A stretch of 64,000 bases of DNA from an uncultured Candidatus Rokubacteria bacterium. Lineage in GTDB: Bacteria > Methylomirabilota > Methylomirabilia > Rokubacteriales > CSP1-6. The position numbers and the translations under genes are program-made. The stretch is from the NCBI GenBank assembly GCA_963747235.1, contig CAVVEU010000008.1, forward strand, positions 544,001 through 608,000. Direction: 5' to 3'. The notes below the pieces were generated by a model. It was given only the letters and a program-made list of their open reading frames with translations. It was not told the DNA's origin and searched no databases. Shown one piece after another: positions 42,480 to 53,128 of the stretch; position 1 is the stretch's first letter, and each line of letters opens with the position of its first letter.

Positions 42480-43334
42480 GACGGAGACACGCGAGCGACG
42501 CGGGCCGCGGGCCGCGCCGGAGGAAGTGGCAGGAGCTGCGCCAGCAGCCGCGGCGCGGGATCTTCCTGCTCCCGAGCCTGCTGACCACCGGCAACCTGTT
42601 CTGCGGGTTCCTGGCCCTGGTCCTGGCCTCGCAGCAGCGCTACACGGACGCGGCGATCTCCATCTTCGTCGGCATGCTCCTGGACATGCTGGACGGCAAG
42701 GTGGCGCGGATGACCAAGACCACGAGCCAGTTCGGGGTCGAGCTCGACTCGCTCGCCGACGTGGTGTCCTTCGGGGTCGCGCCCGCCTTCGTCCTCTACT
42801 CGATGGCGCTGGCCCCGCTGGGCCGCGCGGCCTGGCTCGGGCGCGTTTCTCTTCGTGATCTGCGGCGCCCTCCGCCTCGCGCGCTTCAACGTCTACGCGG
42901 GGGTGACCGACAAGCGCTACTTCGTCGGGCTGCCGATTCCCGCCGCCGCCGGCGTGGTGGCCTCGACGGTCCTGCTGCTGGGCACCGACGACATCCCGCG
43001 CTGGCTGGGGGCCGCGATCGCGGCCGGGACCTACCTGGTGGCGATCCTGATGGTGACCACGTTCCGGTACTACAGCTTCAAGGAGATCGATTTCGCCCGT
43101 CGCCGGCCCGCCGGGGTGCTGGTGCTGGTCGTCCTCGGCGTGCTGATCGTCGCCACGCATCCCCAGTGGTTCCTGTTCCTGCTCTTCTTCGCCTACGCCC
43201 TGAGCGGCCCGACGCGCCCGCTCTGGGCGCGGCGTCGCGACGCGGTCCCCGCGGCGGCTCCCGCCGGCTCACCGCCCGCGCTGCCCGCGGAGCGGGAGCC
43301 GAGGGATACGACCGAGCGGGACCGGAGGATCTGA
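42476..43334 (+). CDS. pssA: CDP-diacylglycerol-serine O-phosphatidyltransferase (frameshift near 42842)
   Basis: DMLDGKVAR...[33 protein letters not shown]. Confidence 0.92.
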
Positions 43335-43336
43335 CC

Positions 43337-44431
43337 ATGGCGACGTACAAGATCGCGGTGCTGCCCGGGGATGGGATCGGGCAAGAGGTGACGCCGCAGG
43401 CGCAGCGGATCCTCCAGCTCGTCGGCCGGGCCGCCGGCATCGGGTTCGAGTTCGAGACCGGGCTGGTGGGCGGCTCCGCCATCGACGCGGCGGGGACCCC
43501 GCTGCCGCCCGCGACCCTGGCGCTCTGCCAGCAGGCCCACGCCATCCTCTTCGGGGCGGTGGGCGGTCCCAAGTGGGACACCCTGCCGCAGGAGCAGCGT
43601 CCCGAGCGCGGGCTGCTCGGCATCCGCAAGGAGCTCGATCTCTTCGCCAACCTGCGCCCGGCCACCTGCTTCCCCATGCTGGTGGACGCCTCGCCGCTCA
43701 AGCGGTCGGTGGTCGAGGGCACCGACATCATGGTGATCCGCGAGCTGACCGGCGGGCTCTACTTCGGCGAGCCGCGCGGGCGCGAGGAGTTCGCGGACGG
43801 GAGCGCGCGCGCCGTCAACACCATGGCCTATACCTCGCGCGAGATCGAGCGGGTGGCCCGCGCCGCGTTCGACGTGGCGATGAAGCGCAAGAAGCGGCTG
43901 GCCTCGGTGGACAAGGCCAACGTGCTGGTGGTCTCGCAGCTCTGGCGGGAAGTGGTGACGCGGGTGGGGAAGGACTATCCCCAGGTGCAGCTCGAGCACG
44001 TGCTGGTGGACAACTGCGCGATGGCGCTGGTCCACAAGCCCACCCACTTCGACACGATCGTGACCGAGAACACCTTCGGCGACATCCTCTCGGACGAGGC
44101 GGCCATCCTCGCCGGGTCCATGGGCATGCTGCCGTCGGCCAGCCTCGGCGGCAAGGGCGGTCGCATGGGGCTCTTCGAGCCCGTCCACGGCACCGCGCCG
44201 GACATCGCGGGCCAGGGCGTGGCCAACCCGATCGCGGCGATCCTGTCCGCCTCCATGCTGCTGCGCTACTCGCTCGAGCGGGGCGCCGACGCGGATCGGG
44301 TGGACGCGGCGGTCCTGCGTGTGCTGGAGCGGGGCCATCGGACCCGGGACATCCACTCGGCCGGCACCAAGCTGGTGGGCACGGCGGAGATGGGCGACTT
44401 GATCGCGGCCGAAGTCGAGAAGTCGTACTGA
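43337..44431 (+). CDS. leuB: 3-isopropylmalate dehydrogenase
   Basis: [53 protein letters not shown]. Confidence 0.96.
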   Translation: MATYKIAVLPGDGIGQEVTPQAQRILQLVGRAAGIGFEFETGLVGGSAIDAAGTPLPPATLALCQQAHAILFGAVGGPKWDTLPQEQRPERGLLGIRKELDLFANLRPATCFPMLVDASPLKRSVVEGTDIMVIRELTGGLYFGEPRGREEFADGSARAVNTMAYTSREIERVARAAFDVAMKRKKRLASVDKANVLVVSQLWREVVTRVGKDYPQVQLEHVLVDNCAMALVHKPTHFDTIVTENTFGDILSDEAAILAGSMGMLPSASLGGKGGRMGLFEPVHGTAPDIAGQGVANPIAAILSASMLLRYSLERGADADRVDAAVLRVLERGHRTRDIHSAGTKLVGTAEMGDLIAAEVEKSY

Positions 44432-44462
44432 AATAACCAAGATAGACAGGAGACGCTGAGCA

Positions 44463-45466
44463 ATGGCTTCAGGCGTGGTGGTGGCGGTGGTGGGGGCGAC
44501 GGGCGCGGTGGGGCAGACCACGCTGAAGATCCTCGAGGAGCGCAAGTTCCCGGTCCGCGAGCTGCGGGTCTACGCGTCCGCGCGCTCGGCGGGAAGACCG
44601 TCACCTTCAAGGGCGAGCCGGTGCGGGTCGAGGAAGTCGGGCCCGGCGCCTTCAAGGGCGTGGACATCGCGCTCTTCTCGGCGGGCTCCGCCCAGTCCAA
44701 GGAGTACGCGCCCCAGGCGGTGAAGGCCGGCGCGGTCGTGGTGGACAAGTCGAGCGCGTTCCGGATGGACCCGCAGGTGCCGCTGGTGGTGCCGGAGATC
44801 AATGCCCACGCGGTGCGCGGGCACCGAGGCATCGTGGCGTGCCCGAATTGCACCAGCATCGTCACCGTGATGCCGCTCAAGCCGCTCCACGACGCGGGTC
44901 GGCTCCGCCGGGTGATCGCGACCAGCTTCCAGGCGGTCTCGGGGGCCGGGGTCAACGGGGTGGACGAGCTGCGCACCCAGACGCTCGCGTGGGCCCGGGG
45001 CGAGGCGATCACCCCGAAGTTCTTCCAGCACCAGATCGCGTTCAACGTCATTCCTCACATCGACAAGTTCGGGGCCGACGGCTACACCGGCGAGGAGATG
45101 AAGCTGGTCCACGAGGTCCGCAAGATCCTCGAGCTGCCCGACCTGCCGATCTCGCCCACCACGGTGCGCGTGCCGGTCTTCACTGCCCACTCGGTGGCGG
45201 TGAACGCGGAGACCGAGGTCAAGATCGGCCGCGAGCGGGCGCGCGAGGTCTTCGCCGGGTTCCCGGGGCTCAAGCTCTGGGACGAGCCCGCCGAGAATCG
45301 GTACCCGATGCCGGTCGTGGTGGAAGGCCAGGACGACTGCTACGTTGGGCGCGTCCGCGAGGACCTGACCGTGCCGAACGGGCTCAACTTCTGGGTAGTC
45401 GGCGATCAGCTCCGGAAGGGCGCGGCCCTGAACGGCATCCAGATCGCGGAGCTCTTGATCCGCTGA
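44463..45466 (+). CDS. asd: Aspartate-semialdehyde dehydrogenase (frameshift near 44592)
   Basis: VVGATGAVG, PNCTS, QAVSGAG, RVPVFTAHS, DQLRKGAALN. Confidence 0.94.
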
Positions 45467-46242
45467 CCACACGCACCGTCCGGCTCACGCTCGCCTACGA
45501 GGGCACGGAGCTGCACGGCTGGCAGGTGCAGCCGGAGCTCGCGACGGTGCAGGGCCTCCTGATGGCGGCCGCGGCCCGGGTGCTGGGCGGGCCCGTGAAG
45601 ATCACCGGGGCGAGTCGCACCGACGCGGGCGTGCATGCGCTCCGACAGGTCGCCAGCCTCGCCACGTCCGCCGCGGTCACCCCCGCGGCGCTGCACCGCG
45701 CGCTGAATGCCCTGCTGCCGCCGTCGGTGCGCGTGCTCGACGTGCGCGAGGCGCCGGCCGGCTTCGACGCGCGCCGCTGGGCCCGCGGCAAGCGTTACGC
45801 CTACCTGATCGATCGCGGTCCGCAGGCCGATCCGTTCCTGCGGCGCCACGCCTGGCACGCGCCGTTCCCGCTCGACGAGCACGCGATGGCGGCCGGGCTG
45901 GCGCTCCTGCGGGGCAAGCACGACTTCAGCGCCTTCTGCGCGGCGGCCGGCCGGGATCGCACGCCGACCTGCACGATCATGTCCGCCCGGGTGGTGGCCC
46001 GGCGCGAGCGCCTGGCGATCTGCCTCTCCGCCGACAGCTTCCTGCATCACATGGTCCGCAACATCGTGGGGAGCCTGGTCGAGGTCGGGCGGGGCGCGCG
46101 GCCGCCGGGGTGGATCGCAGAGGTCGTGGACGGCCGGGACCGGAAGCGGGCCGGGCCCACCGCACCCGCCCAGGGGCTGGTCCTGGTCCGGGTCCTGTAC
46201 GGGCCGGAGGCGCGGCCCGGCGCCGCGGAAGATACCCCGTGA
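45463..46242 (+). CDS. truA: tRNA pseudouridine(38-40) synthase (apparent CTG start overlapping the asd stop)
   Basis: AYEGTELHGWQ, ASRTDAGVHA, GKHDFSAF, FLHHMVRNIVG, TAPAQGL. Confidence 0.92.
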   Translation: MTTRTVRLTLAYEGTELHGWQVQPELATVQGLLMAAAARVLGGPVKITGASRTDAGVHALRQVASLATSAAVTPAALHRALNALLPPSVRVLDVREAPAGFDARRWARGKRYAYLIDRGPQADPFLRRHAWHAPFPLDEHAMAAGLALLRGKHDFSAFCAAAGRDRTPTCTIMSARVVARRERLAICLSADSFLHHMVRNIVGSLVEVGRGARPPGWIAEVVDGRDRKRAGPTAPAQGLVLVRVLYGPEARPGAAEDTP

Positions 46243-46589
46243 CGCCCGACGATCTCCCGGAAGGCGGCCCACCGCCGGCGGAGGACGGGAAGGAGCGAAG
46301 CCGCGGCAAGGGCTTCAAGGCCCGGAAGCGTGAGGACCACGCCCTCGTGCTGATCCGGGACCTCCTGGCCTGCCTGGAGAATCCGGCGCAGGCCCGGCGC
46401 CTGCTGCTGGAGCTGAGCCGCTACTACGATCCGATCCTGGGGGGCGCCATCGTGGAGGTCCGCCACCAGCGGGAGATCATGGAGGCGATCGAGGCGGGGC
46501 GGCCGGGGGAAGCCGAGGCGCTGGTGCAGGCCCGCTATGCCCTCTATATCAAGGATCGGGCCCACCTGGGCCGCGGCGAGGAGGGCTGA
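46239..46589 (+). CDS. Hypothetical protein
   Basis: GTGA overlap with truA; helical ORF with coding-like codon usage. Confidence 0.6.
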   Translation: MTPDDLPEGGPPPAEDGKERSRGKGFKARKREDHALVLIRDLLACLENPAQARRLLLELSRYYDPILGGAIVEVRHQREIMEAIEAGRPGEAEALVQARYALYIKDRAHLGRGEEG

Positions 46590-46616
46590 GGCCCGCCCGG
46601 GCCGCCCATGATTGCC

Positions 46617-46646
46617 TTGACACTGGTCTGACCACCTGCCTAGAAT
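46617..46646 (+). promoter_or_regulatory. sigma70 promoter of the fdh operon with a FadR-type operator in the spacer
   Basis: TTGACA-18 nt-TAGAAT; TGGTCTGACCA at 46624-46634. Confidence 0.75.
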
Positions 46647-46696
46647 CCTCGCAACTTCACGACCCTAGACGCGGCGCAACCACAACGAGGTGTGCC

Positions 46697-49600
46697 ATGA
46701 GCCTATCGCGGCGTGATTTCCTCAAGTACGCGGGATCGACCGGCGCGGGTGTGGCCGTCGGGACCGCGGCCATCGACCTCAAGCCGGTCCAGGCGGCCGC
46801 CACGACCCTGAAGATCAAGGAAGCGAAGGTTCATCCCGGGGTCTGTCCGTACTGCGCGGTCGGCTGCATCCAGCTCATCTATTCCAAGGGCGACAAGATC
46901 ATCGATATCGAGGGGCATCCCGACACGCCCCACACGCTCGGCCGTCTCTGCCCGAAGGGCGCGGCGACCATCCAGCTCTCCAACAACCCGCTGCGCCCGA
47001 CGAAGGCGATGTACCGCGCGCCCAACTCGGACAAGTGGGAGGAGAAGCCGCTCGACTGGATGTACGAGCAGATCACCAAGCGTTACTACGACGCCCGCGA
47101 GAAGTACTTCATCGAGAAGGAGAAGAACAAGGACGGCCAGGAGGTGGTGGTCAACCGCCTCGACGCCATCGCCTCCCTCGGCTCGGCCTGCATCGACAAC
47201 GAGGAGTGCTACCTCCTCAGCAAGCTCAACCGCACCCTCGGCATCGTCTACCACGAGCATCAGGCCCGAGTCTGACACTCCGCCACGGTCCCAGCTCTGG
47301 GGACCACGTTCGGGCGGGGCGCGATGACGACGAACCTGATCGACATCCAGAACTCGGATGTCATCATGGCGACGAGCAACTTCGCGGAGAATCACCCGGT
47401 CGGCTTCCAGTGGGTGATGAAGGCCAAGGAGCGCGGGGCCAAGTTCATCCACGTGGATCCGCGCTTCACGCGCACCAGCGCGGTGGCCGACATCCACGTG
47501 CCGCTGCGGTCCGGCACCAACATCGCCTTCTTCGGCGGGCTCATCTCCTACGCGATCGCCAACAACCTTTACTTCAAGGACTACGTCGTCCACTACACCA
47601 ACGCCTCCTTCCTGATCGACCCCGCCTTCAAGACCGCCACCGACGGGGCCGGTCTCTTCACCGGGCTGGAGTCGACCGGCAAGGGCGGGGTGGATCCGCA
47701 CGTGGCCGAGACCTACAAGAAGGACACGTGGAAGTACCAGCTCGACGGCGAGGGCAATCCCAAGCGTGATCTGACCCTGCGCGATCCGAGCAGCGTGTTC
47801 CAGCTCATGAAGCGGCACTACAGCCGCTACACCCCCGAGATGGTGGAGCGGGTGTGCGGGATCCCCAAGGAGAAGTTCGTCCAGGTCGCCAAGCTGTTCT
47901 GCGAGAACAGCGGGCCGGAGAAGACGGGCTCCATCACCTACGCGCTGAACCTGACCCAGCACACCAACGGCGTCCAGAACATCCGGGCGCTCTGCATGCT
48001 GCAGACCCTGCTCGGCAACATCGGGCGCCCGGGCGGCGGCGTGGTGGCCCTGCGTGGCCACGCCAACGTCCAGGGGGCCACCGACCTCGAGCTGCTCTAC
48101 CACGAGCTGCCGGGTTACCTCCCGATGCCGCTGCGCGACGCCCACCCCGACCTCAAGACCTGGCTCGACAAGGAGACGCCGAAGGGCGGCTTCTGGGTGA
48201 ACCGGCCCAAGTTCATGGTGAGCCTGCTCAAGGCCTGGTTCGGCGACAAGGCGACCGCGGAGAACGAGTACGGCTACCAGTGGCTACCCAAGCGGGCCTC
48301 CGCCGACGCCTACAGCCACCAGCACATGTTCGTGGACATGTACAAGGGCACCATCAAGGGGTTCCTCGCCGACGGGCAGAACCCGGCGGTGGGCGGGCCC
48401 AACGCCAAGCTGGCGCGCGCCGCGCTCGGCAAGCTCGAGTGGCTGGTGGTGAAGGACATCTTCCTCACCGAGACCGCGGAGTTCTGGAAGGCTCCCGGGA
48501 TCTCGGCCAAGGACGTCAAGACCGAGGTGTTCTTCCTGCCCGCCGCGCCGGCCGCCGAGAAGGACGGCTCGCTCACCAACACGATGCGGCTGATCCAGTG
48601 GCACGAGAAGGCGGTCAACCCGCCCGGCGACGTGACGTCGGACGCGGAGTTCTTCGTGAGTCTCGCCAAGCGGCTCCAGAAGCTGTATGCCGGCTCGAAG
48701 AAGGAGCGTGACCAGGGCTTCCTGGCGGCCAGCTTCGAGTACGGGGACAACCCCAAAGAGCCGAACATGGAGCTGGTCCTCAAGGAGATCAACGGGTACG
48801 CGACCCAGGAGATCACCGACAAGGACGGCAAGGTCGTCTACAAGAAGGGCCAGGCGCTGAACACCTTCGCCCACATGACCGACGACGGCAAGACCGCCGG
48901 CGGCTGCTGGATCTACACCGGCGTCACGGTGGAAGGTCCCGACGGCAAGCTGATCAACAAGTCGAACCTGCGCAAGCCCGCCGACGACAAGGACTACCTG
49001 GCGCACGGCTGGGGGTTCGCGTGGCCGGCCAACCGGCGGATCCTCTACAACCGCGCGTCCGCCGATCTGCAGGGCAAGCCCTGGAGCGAGAAGAAGAAGC
49101 TGATCTGGTGGGACCCGGAGGCGCCCGGGCAGGAGCCGGAGAAGAAGGGCAAGTGGGTCGGCCTCGACGTGCCCGACTTCAACGCGTTCCTGGCCCCCGA
49201 CGCCAAGAACGGCGACAAGCCCTTCATCATGCGCGCCGACCTGGTCGCCGCCTTCTTCGGGCCGCTCAACGACGGTCCGTTCCCGGAGCACTACGAGCCG
49301 GTGGAGTCGCCCACCAAGAACCTCCTGTCCAAGCAGCAGATGAACCCGGTGGCCAAGATCTGGACCGTGCCGGACCAGAAGAACGACCTGGCCCCGGTGG
49401 GCTCGCCCGACTATCCCTACGTGGTCACCACCTACCGCCTCACCGAGCATCACCTCTCGGGGGTCATGTCGCGCTACCTCCCCATGCTCGCCGAGCTGTT
49501 CCACTCCCACTTCGCGGAGATCAGCCACGAGCTGGCCGCCGAGCTCGCCATCACGAACGGCGAGCGCATCACGGTCAGCACGCCGCGGGGCAAGGTCCAC

Positions 49601-49807
49601 GTGACCGCGATGGTCACCCATCGCCTGAAGCCGTTCATGATCGACGGCAAGAAGACCCACCAGATCGGCATCCCGTGGCACTGGGGCTACAACGGCATCT
49701 CCAAGGGCGACATCACCAACGATCTCTCCGCGACGGTGGGAGACCCCACGGTCTACATCCAGGAGACCAAGGCCTTCCTCTGCAACGTGAAGAAGGGGGA
49801 GGTGTAG
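46697..49807 (+). CDS. fdnG: Tat-exported formate dehydrogenase alpha subunit, selenocysteine (UGA at 47273-47275)
   Basis: SRRDFLK; CPYCAVGC..LCPKG; HQARV-UGA-HSATVPALGTTFGRGAMT continues in frame; LRGHANVQG; PEHYEP; TTYRLTEH. Confidence 0.93.
47273..47305 (+). promoter_or_regulatory. Bacterial SECIS element
   Basis: UGA, an 11-nt spacer, then hairpin GGTCCC-AGCTCTG-GGGACC (47287-47305). Confidence 0.8.
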
Positions 49808-49809
49808 CC

Positions 49810-50589
49810 ATGGCCCGCACCCTCGCGATGTTCACGGACACGTCGCTCTGCATCGGCTGCCGCGCCTGCCAGGTGGCGTGCAAGCAGTGGAACGAGCTGC
49901 CGATGGAGGAGCCCGAGTGGACCGGCGGCTACCAGAACCACGCCCACTTCACCGACAAGACCTATCGCCTGGTGCGCTTCATCGAGAAGCCGCAGGCCAA
50001 CGGCGAGCTACAGTGGCTCCTGATGTCGGACGTCTGCAAGCACTGCGCGCAGGCGGGATGCCTCCAGGCCTGCCCCACCGGGGCGATCTACCGGACCGAG
50101 CACGGCACCGTCAACATCAACCAGGACGTCTGCAACGGCTGCCGGTACTGCGTCAGCTCGTGCCCGTTCGGGGTGGTGGCCTTCAACCACGACACCGGGC
50201 GCGCCAACAAGTGCACCTTCTGCAACGACCGCATCCACAATGGGCTCGGGCCGGCCTGCGCCAAGGCGTGCCCCACCGAATCCATCCAGTTCGGCTTCCG
50301 CGACGAGCTGGCCGCGAAGGCCGAGAAGCGCGTGGCCAAGCTCAAGGAGATGGGCTACACCGGCGCCCAGCTCTACGGCGTGGATAGCAACGGGCCCCTC
50401 GGCGGGCTCAACGCGTTCTTCCTCCTGCTGGACAAGCCGTCCACCTACAACCTGCCCGAGAAGCCGCTGCTGCCGCAGCGCAATGTCCTGGTGGACTCGG
50501 TGCTGTCGGTGGGCGCCGCGCTCCTGGTCGGCGTGACCGCGGTCGTGGCGTTCCGCGAGCGAGGCGGGAAGGGGGCCGGCGATGCTTAA
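49810..50589 (+). CDS. fdnH: Formate dehydrogenase Fe-S beta subunit with C-terminal membrane anchor
   Basis: CIGCRACQVACKQWN, CKHC..AGCLQACP, CNGCRYCVSSCP, CTFC..PACAKACP. Confidence 0.9.
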   Translation: MARTLAMFTDTSLCIGCRACQVACKQWNELPMEEPEWTGGYQNHAHFTDKTYRLVRFIEKPQANGELQWLLMSDVCKHCAQAGCLQACPTGAIYRTEHGTVNINQDVCNGCRYCVSSCPFGVVAFNHDTGRANKCTFCNDRIHNGLGPACAKACPTESIQFGFRDELAAKAEKRVAKLKEMGYTGAQLYGVDSNGPLGGLNAFFLLLDKPSTYNLPEKPLLPQRNVLVDSVLSVGAALLVGVTAVVAFRERGGKGAGDA

Positions 50590-51401
50590 GAGCCCCGACT
50601 GGCACCTGCTGATCGTCTGGTACTTCTTCCTCGGCGGTATCGCGGGCGGCGCCTACTTCACGGCGGCCATCGCCGACAACTTCGGCAGCTCCCGGGATCG
50701 CGGCGTGGTGCGCACCGGCTACATCCTCGCGCTGCTGATGATCGGCGTGTGCGGCATCCTCCTGATCCTCGATCTGGGGACGCCCAGCCGCTTCCTCAAC
50801 ATGATGATGCACTTCAAGTTCTGGGACCCGATGTCCATCGGGGCCTGGATGCTGGGGGTCTTCGGCGCCTTCGCCTTCGTGTCCTCGGCCCTGTCGCTCT
50901 CCGCCGACGAGCGGCGGGCCGCCCTGCGGCGGAAGGTCAGCCTGGTGGGCACCATCTTCGGCTTCTTCCTCGCGAGCTACACCGGCGTGCTGCTGAGCGC
51001 CACCGCGCTCCCGTTCTGGAGCGACGCCCGTCTCATGGGGGCGCTCTTCCTGGCCTCGGGCGCGTCCACCGGCATGGCCGCGATCTCGCTGCTGCTCTAC
51101 CTGAGCGGCGACTCGGCGGGGGAGGGGTTCAAGAAGATCAAGCGGGCGGACCGCTTCGCCATCGTGTTCGAGATGGCGGTGCTGGTCCTGTTCCTCATCC
51201 TCCTGGGATCGGCCGGCGCGCCGCTGACCTCCGGACCGCTGGCCCCGCTGTTCTGGGGCGGCCTGGTCGTGGCCGGGCTCGTCATCCCCCTGCTGCTCGA
51301 CGTGCTGGGAGGCGCGGTGGGTGCCCGCGGTGATCCCGGCGGTGCTGGTGCTGGTCGGCGGCTTCATCCTGCGCTACGTCGTGGTGATGACGCACGCCTG
51401 A
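50582..51401 (+). CDS. NrfD/PsrC-family membrane anchor (frameshift near 51320)
   Basis: W..LIVWYFFLGGIAGG, DLGTPSRF, PMSIGAW, YTGVLL..TALPFW. Confidence 0.88.
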
Positions 51402-51425
51402 GGCCACTCCGGGTCCGGTCCGCAC

Positions 51426-51449
51426 AAGGGGCCCCGAGCGGGGCCCCTT
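51426..51449 (+). terminator. Hairpin after the NrfD-family gene
   Basis: AAGGGGCCCCG-AG-CGGGGCCCCTT perfect stem followed by a pyrimidine run. Confidence 0.6.
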
Positions 51450-51479
51450 CCCTTATACTGAGGCCGGCAGCCACCAGAC

Positions 51480-52229
51480 ATGCGGACCTACTTCCACGTC
51501 AAGGGCGGCCGGCTCGAAGAAGTCAAGGGCGAGGTCGTCCGGGAACAGCCGTTGACGGTCTACGTCAACGAGGAGCGATTTCTCACGTTGCTCTGCTCCC
51601 CCTTCCAGCTCGACGCGCTGGTGGTCGGCTATCTCTGGATGGAGAAGGTCGTGGAGGATCCGGCCGAGATCACCCGGCTCGAGATCTCCGAGGTGGACGG
51701 GCGCGCCGACGTCACGCTCTCGCATCCGGTGACGCTGCCCACCGAGCGCATTCTCACCTCGGGCTGCGGCGGCGGCATCACCTTCCGCATCGACCCGCGC
51801 CTCTTCCCCCGGCTGCACTCCTCGCTGCGGGTGACGCCGTCGCAGCTCGCGGGGCGGATCAAGGACCTCTACGGCCAGGCCGAGCGTTACCAGGTCTCGC
51901 GCGGCATCCACGGCGCGGCGCTGGCCGACGGCGAGCGGATCCTGGTGATGGCGGAGGACGTGGGGCGCCACAACGCGGTGGACAAGGTAAAGGGCGAGGC
52001 CCTGCTCAAGGGCATCGCGACGGTGGATCGCATCCTGCTCTCCACCGGACGGGTGTCGTCGGAGATGCTGCTCAAGGCCGCGCGCATGGGCGTGCCGGTG
52101 GTCGCCTCGCGGACGTCGCCGACCGAGATGGCGGTGGGGCTCGCCGAGCAGCTCGGGATCACCGTGATCGGTTACCTGCGGCCGGACGGCCTCAATCTCT
52201 ACGCGGGCGACGCGCTCGTCGCCGACTGA
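51480..52229 (+). CDS. fdhD: Formate dehydrogenase accessory sulfurtransferase
   Basis: EQPL, SGCGG, GIHGAAL, EDVGRHNAVDK, TGRVSSEM. Confidence 0.93.
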   Translation: MRTYFHVKGGRLEEVKGEVVREQPLTVYVNEERFLTLLCSPFQLDALVVGYLWMEKVVEDPAEITRLEISEVDGRADVTLSHPVTLPTERILTSGCGGGITFRIDPRLFPRLHSSLRVTPSQLAGRIKDLYGQAERYQVSRGIHGAALADGERILVMAEDVGRHNAVDKVKGEALLKGIATVDRILLSTGRVSSEMLLKAARMGVPVVASRTSPTEMAVGLAEQLGITVIGYLRPDGLNLYAGDALVAD

Positions 52230-52234
52230 CGCCC

Positions 52235-53128
52235 ATGCCCGACTATGCCGCGCTCATGGCCGACTGGGAGGCGCTGCTCGCCCGGCGCTCCGCCCTGGCG
52301 GAGCCGCTCCGCTTCTGGACCGCCATCCTCGAGGGCTGGGTGGCCTGGAAGCCGCCGGCCACGCTGATGCCGCTGGTCCTGTCGCCGGAGGACTGCCGGC
52401 AGCGCTGGCAGGCCGGCCGCTCCCTGCTGGCCGACGCCGCCCTGGAGATTCCCGCCGCCTCGGTGGAGGATCTCCTCGGCCCCGTGATGGAGCGGCTGGC
52501 CGCCGACGGTCCCGAAGCCGCGGCCGCCCTGCGCCGGTTCGCGGAGGCGTGGGACGAGGGACAGGCGGACCCGGCGGCTCTGCTGCCCTCGCTGGATGGC
52601 GACCCGACGACGACGCTCCAGGAGCGCTTCGGGCTCGGCTCGCACCTGGGCGCGTTCCTGCCGGTGGCGGCGCTGCGTCCCGCGCTCGAGACGTACTTCG
52701 AGGGCGTGCGCGAGCTGCCGGACGGCGTGTGGACGCGCGGCGGCTGCCCGTGGTGCGGGGGCGCGCCGTCGTACGGCGATCTCGTCGAGGACGGCCGCCG
52801 CCGGCTCTCCTGCCACGTGTGCGGCGGGGCCTGGATCGCGGCCCGGCTCCGGTGTCCGTTCTGCGAGAGCTGGAATTCGAAGGACCTCGTCCGGCTCGTG
52901 GCCGAGGAGCTCGACGAGGGCTACTTCATCGAGGCCTGCCGCGCCTGCCAGGGGTATCTCAAGGGGGTGGATCGCCGCCAGCGGTGGAACGCGGGCGGGC
53001 CGCTCGTGGAGGACTGGGGGTCGCCGCACCTCGACCTCTACGCGGCCCGCGAGGGTTACTGGCGCTCCACGCCATCCCTCGCGCACCTGCTGCCGCCCGA
53101 GGGGCCCCAGGGGGAGATCCGCGCGTGA
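52235..53128 (+). CDS. fdhE: Formate dehydrogenase maturation protein
   Basis: CPWCG, CHVC..W..RLRCPFC, CRACQGYLK. Confidence 0.9.
   Translation: MPDYAALMADWEALLARRSALAEPLRFWTAILEGWVAWKPPATLMPLVLSPEDCRQRWQAGRSLLADAALEIPAASVEDLLGPVMERLAADGPEAAAALRRFAEAWDEGQADPAALLPSLDGDPTTTLQERFGLGSHLGAFLPVAALRPALETYFEGVRELPDGVWTRGGCPWCGGAPSYGDLVEDGRRRLSCHVCGGAWIAARLRCPFCESWNSKDLVRLVAEELDEGYFIEACRACQGYLKGVDRRQRWNAGGPLVEDWGSPHLDLYAAREGYWRSTPSLAHLLPPEGPQGEIRA

Noticed and set aside
45463-45466. Non-canonical CTG start for truA
   Set aside because: It cannot be distinguished from a sequencing error in an ATGA/GTGA overlap.
50582-53128. 848-aa NrfD-FdhE fusion and similar very long ORFs (13097-15787, 36143-40186, 42476-44431)
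   Set aside because: These are read-through of stop-poor alternative frames in high-GC DNA, in most cases combined with indels; each component has its own start codon.
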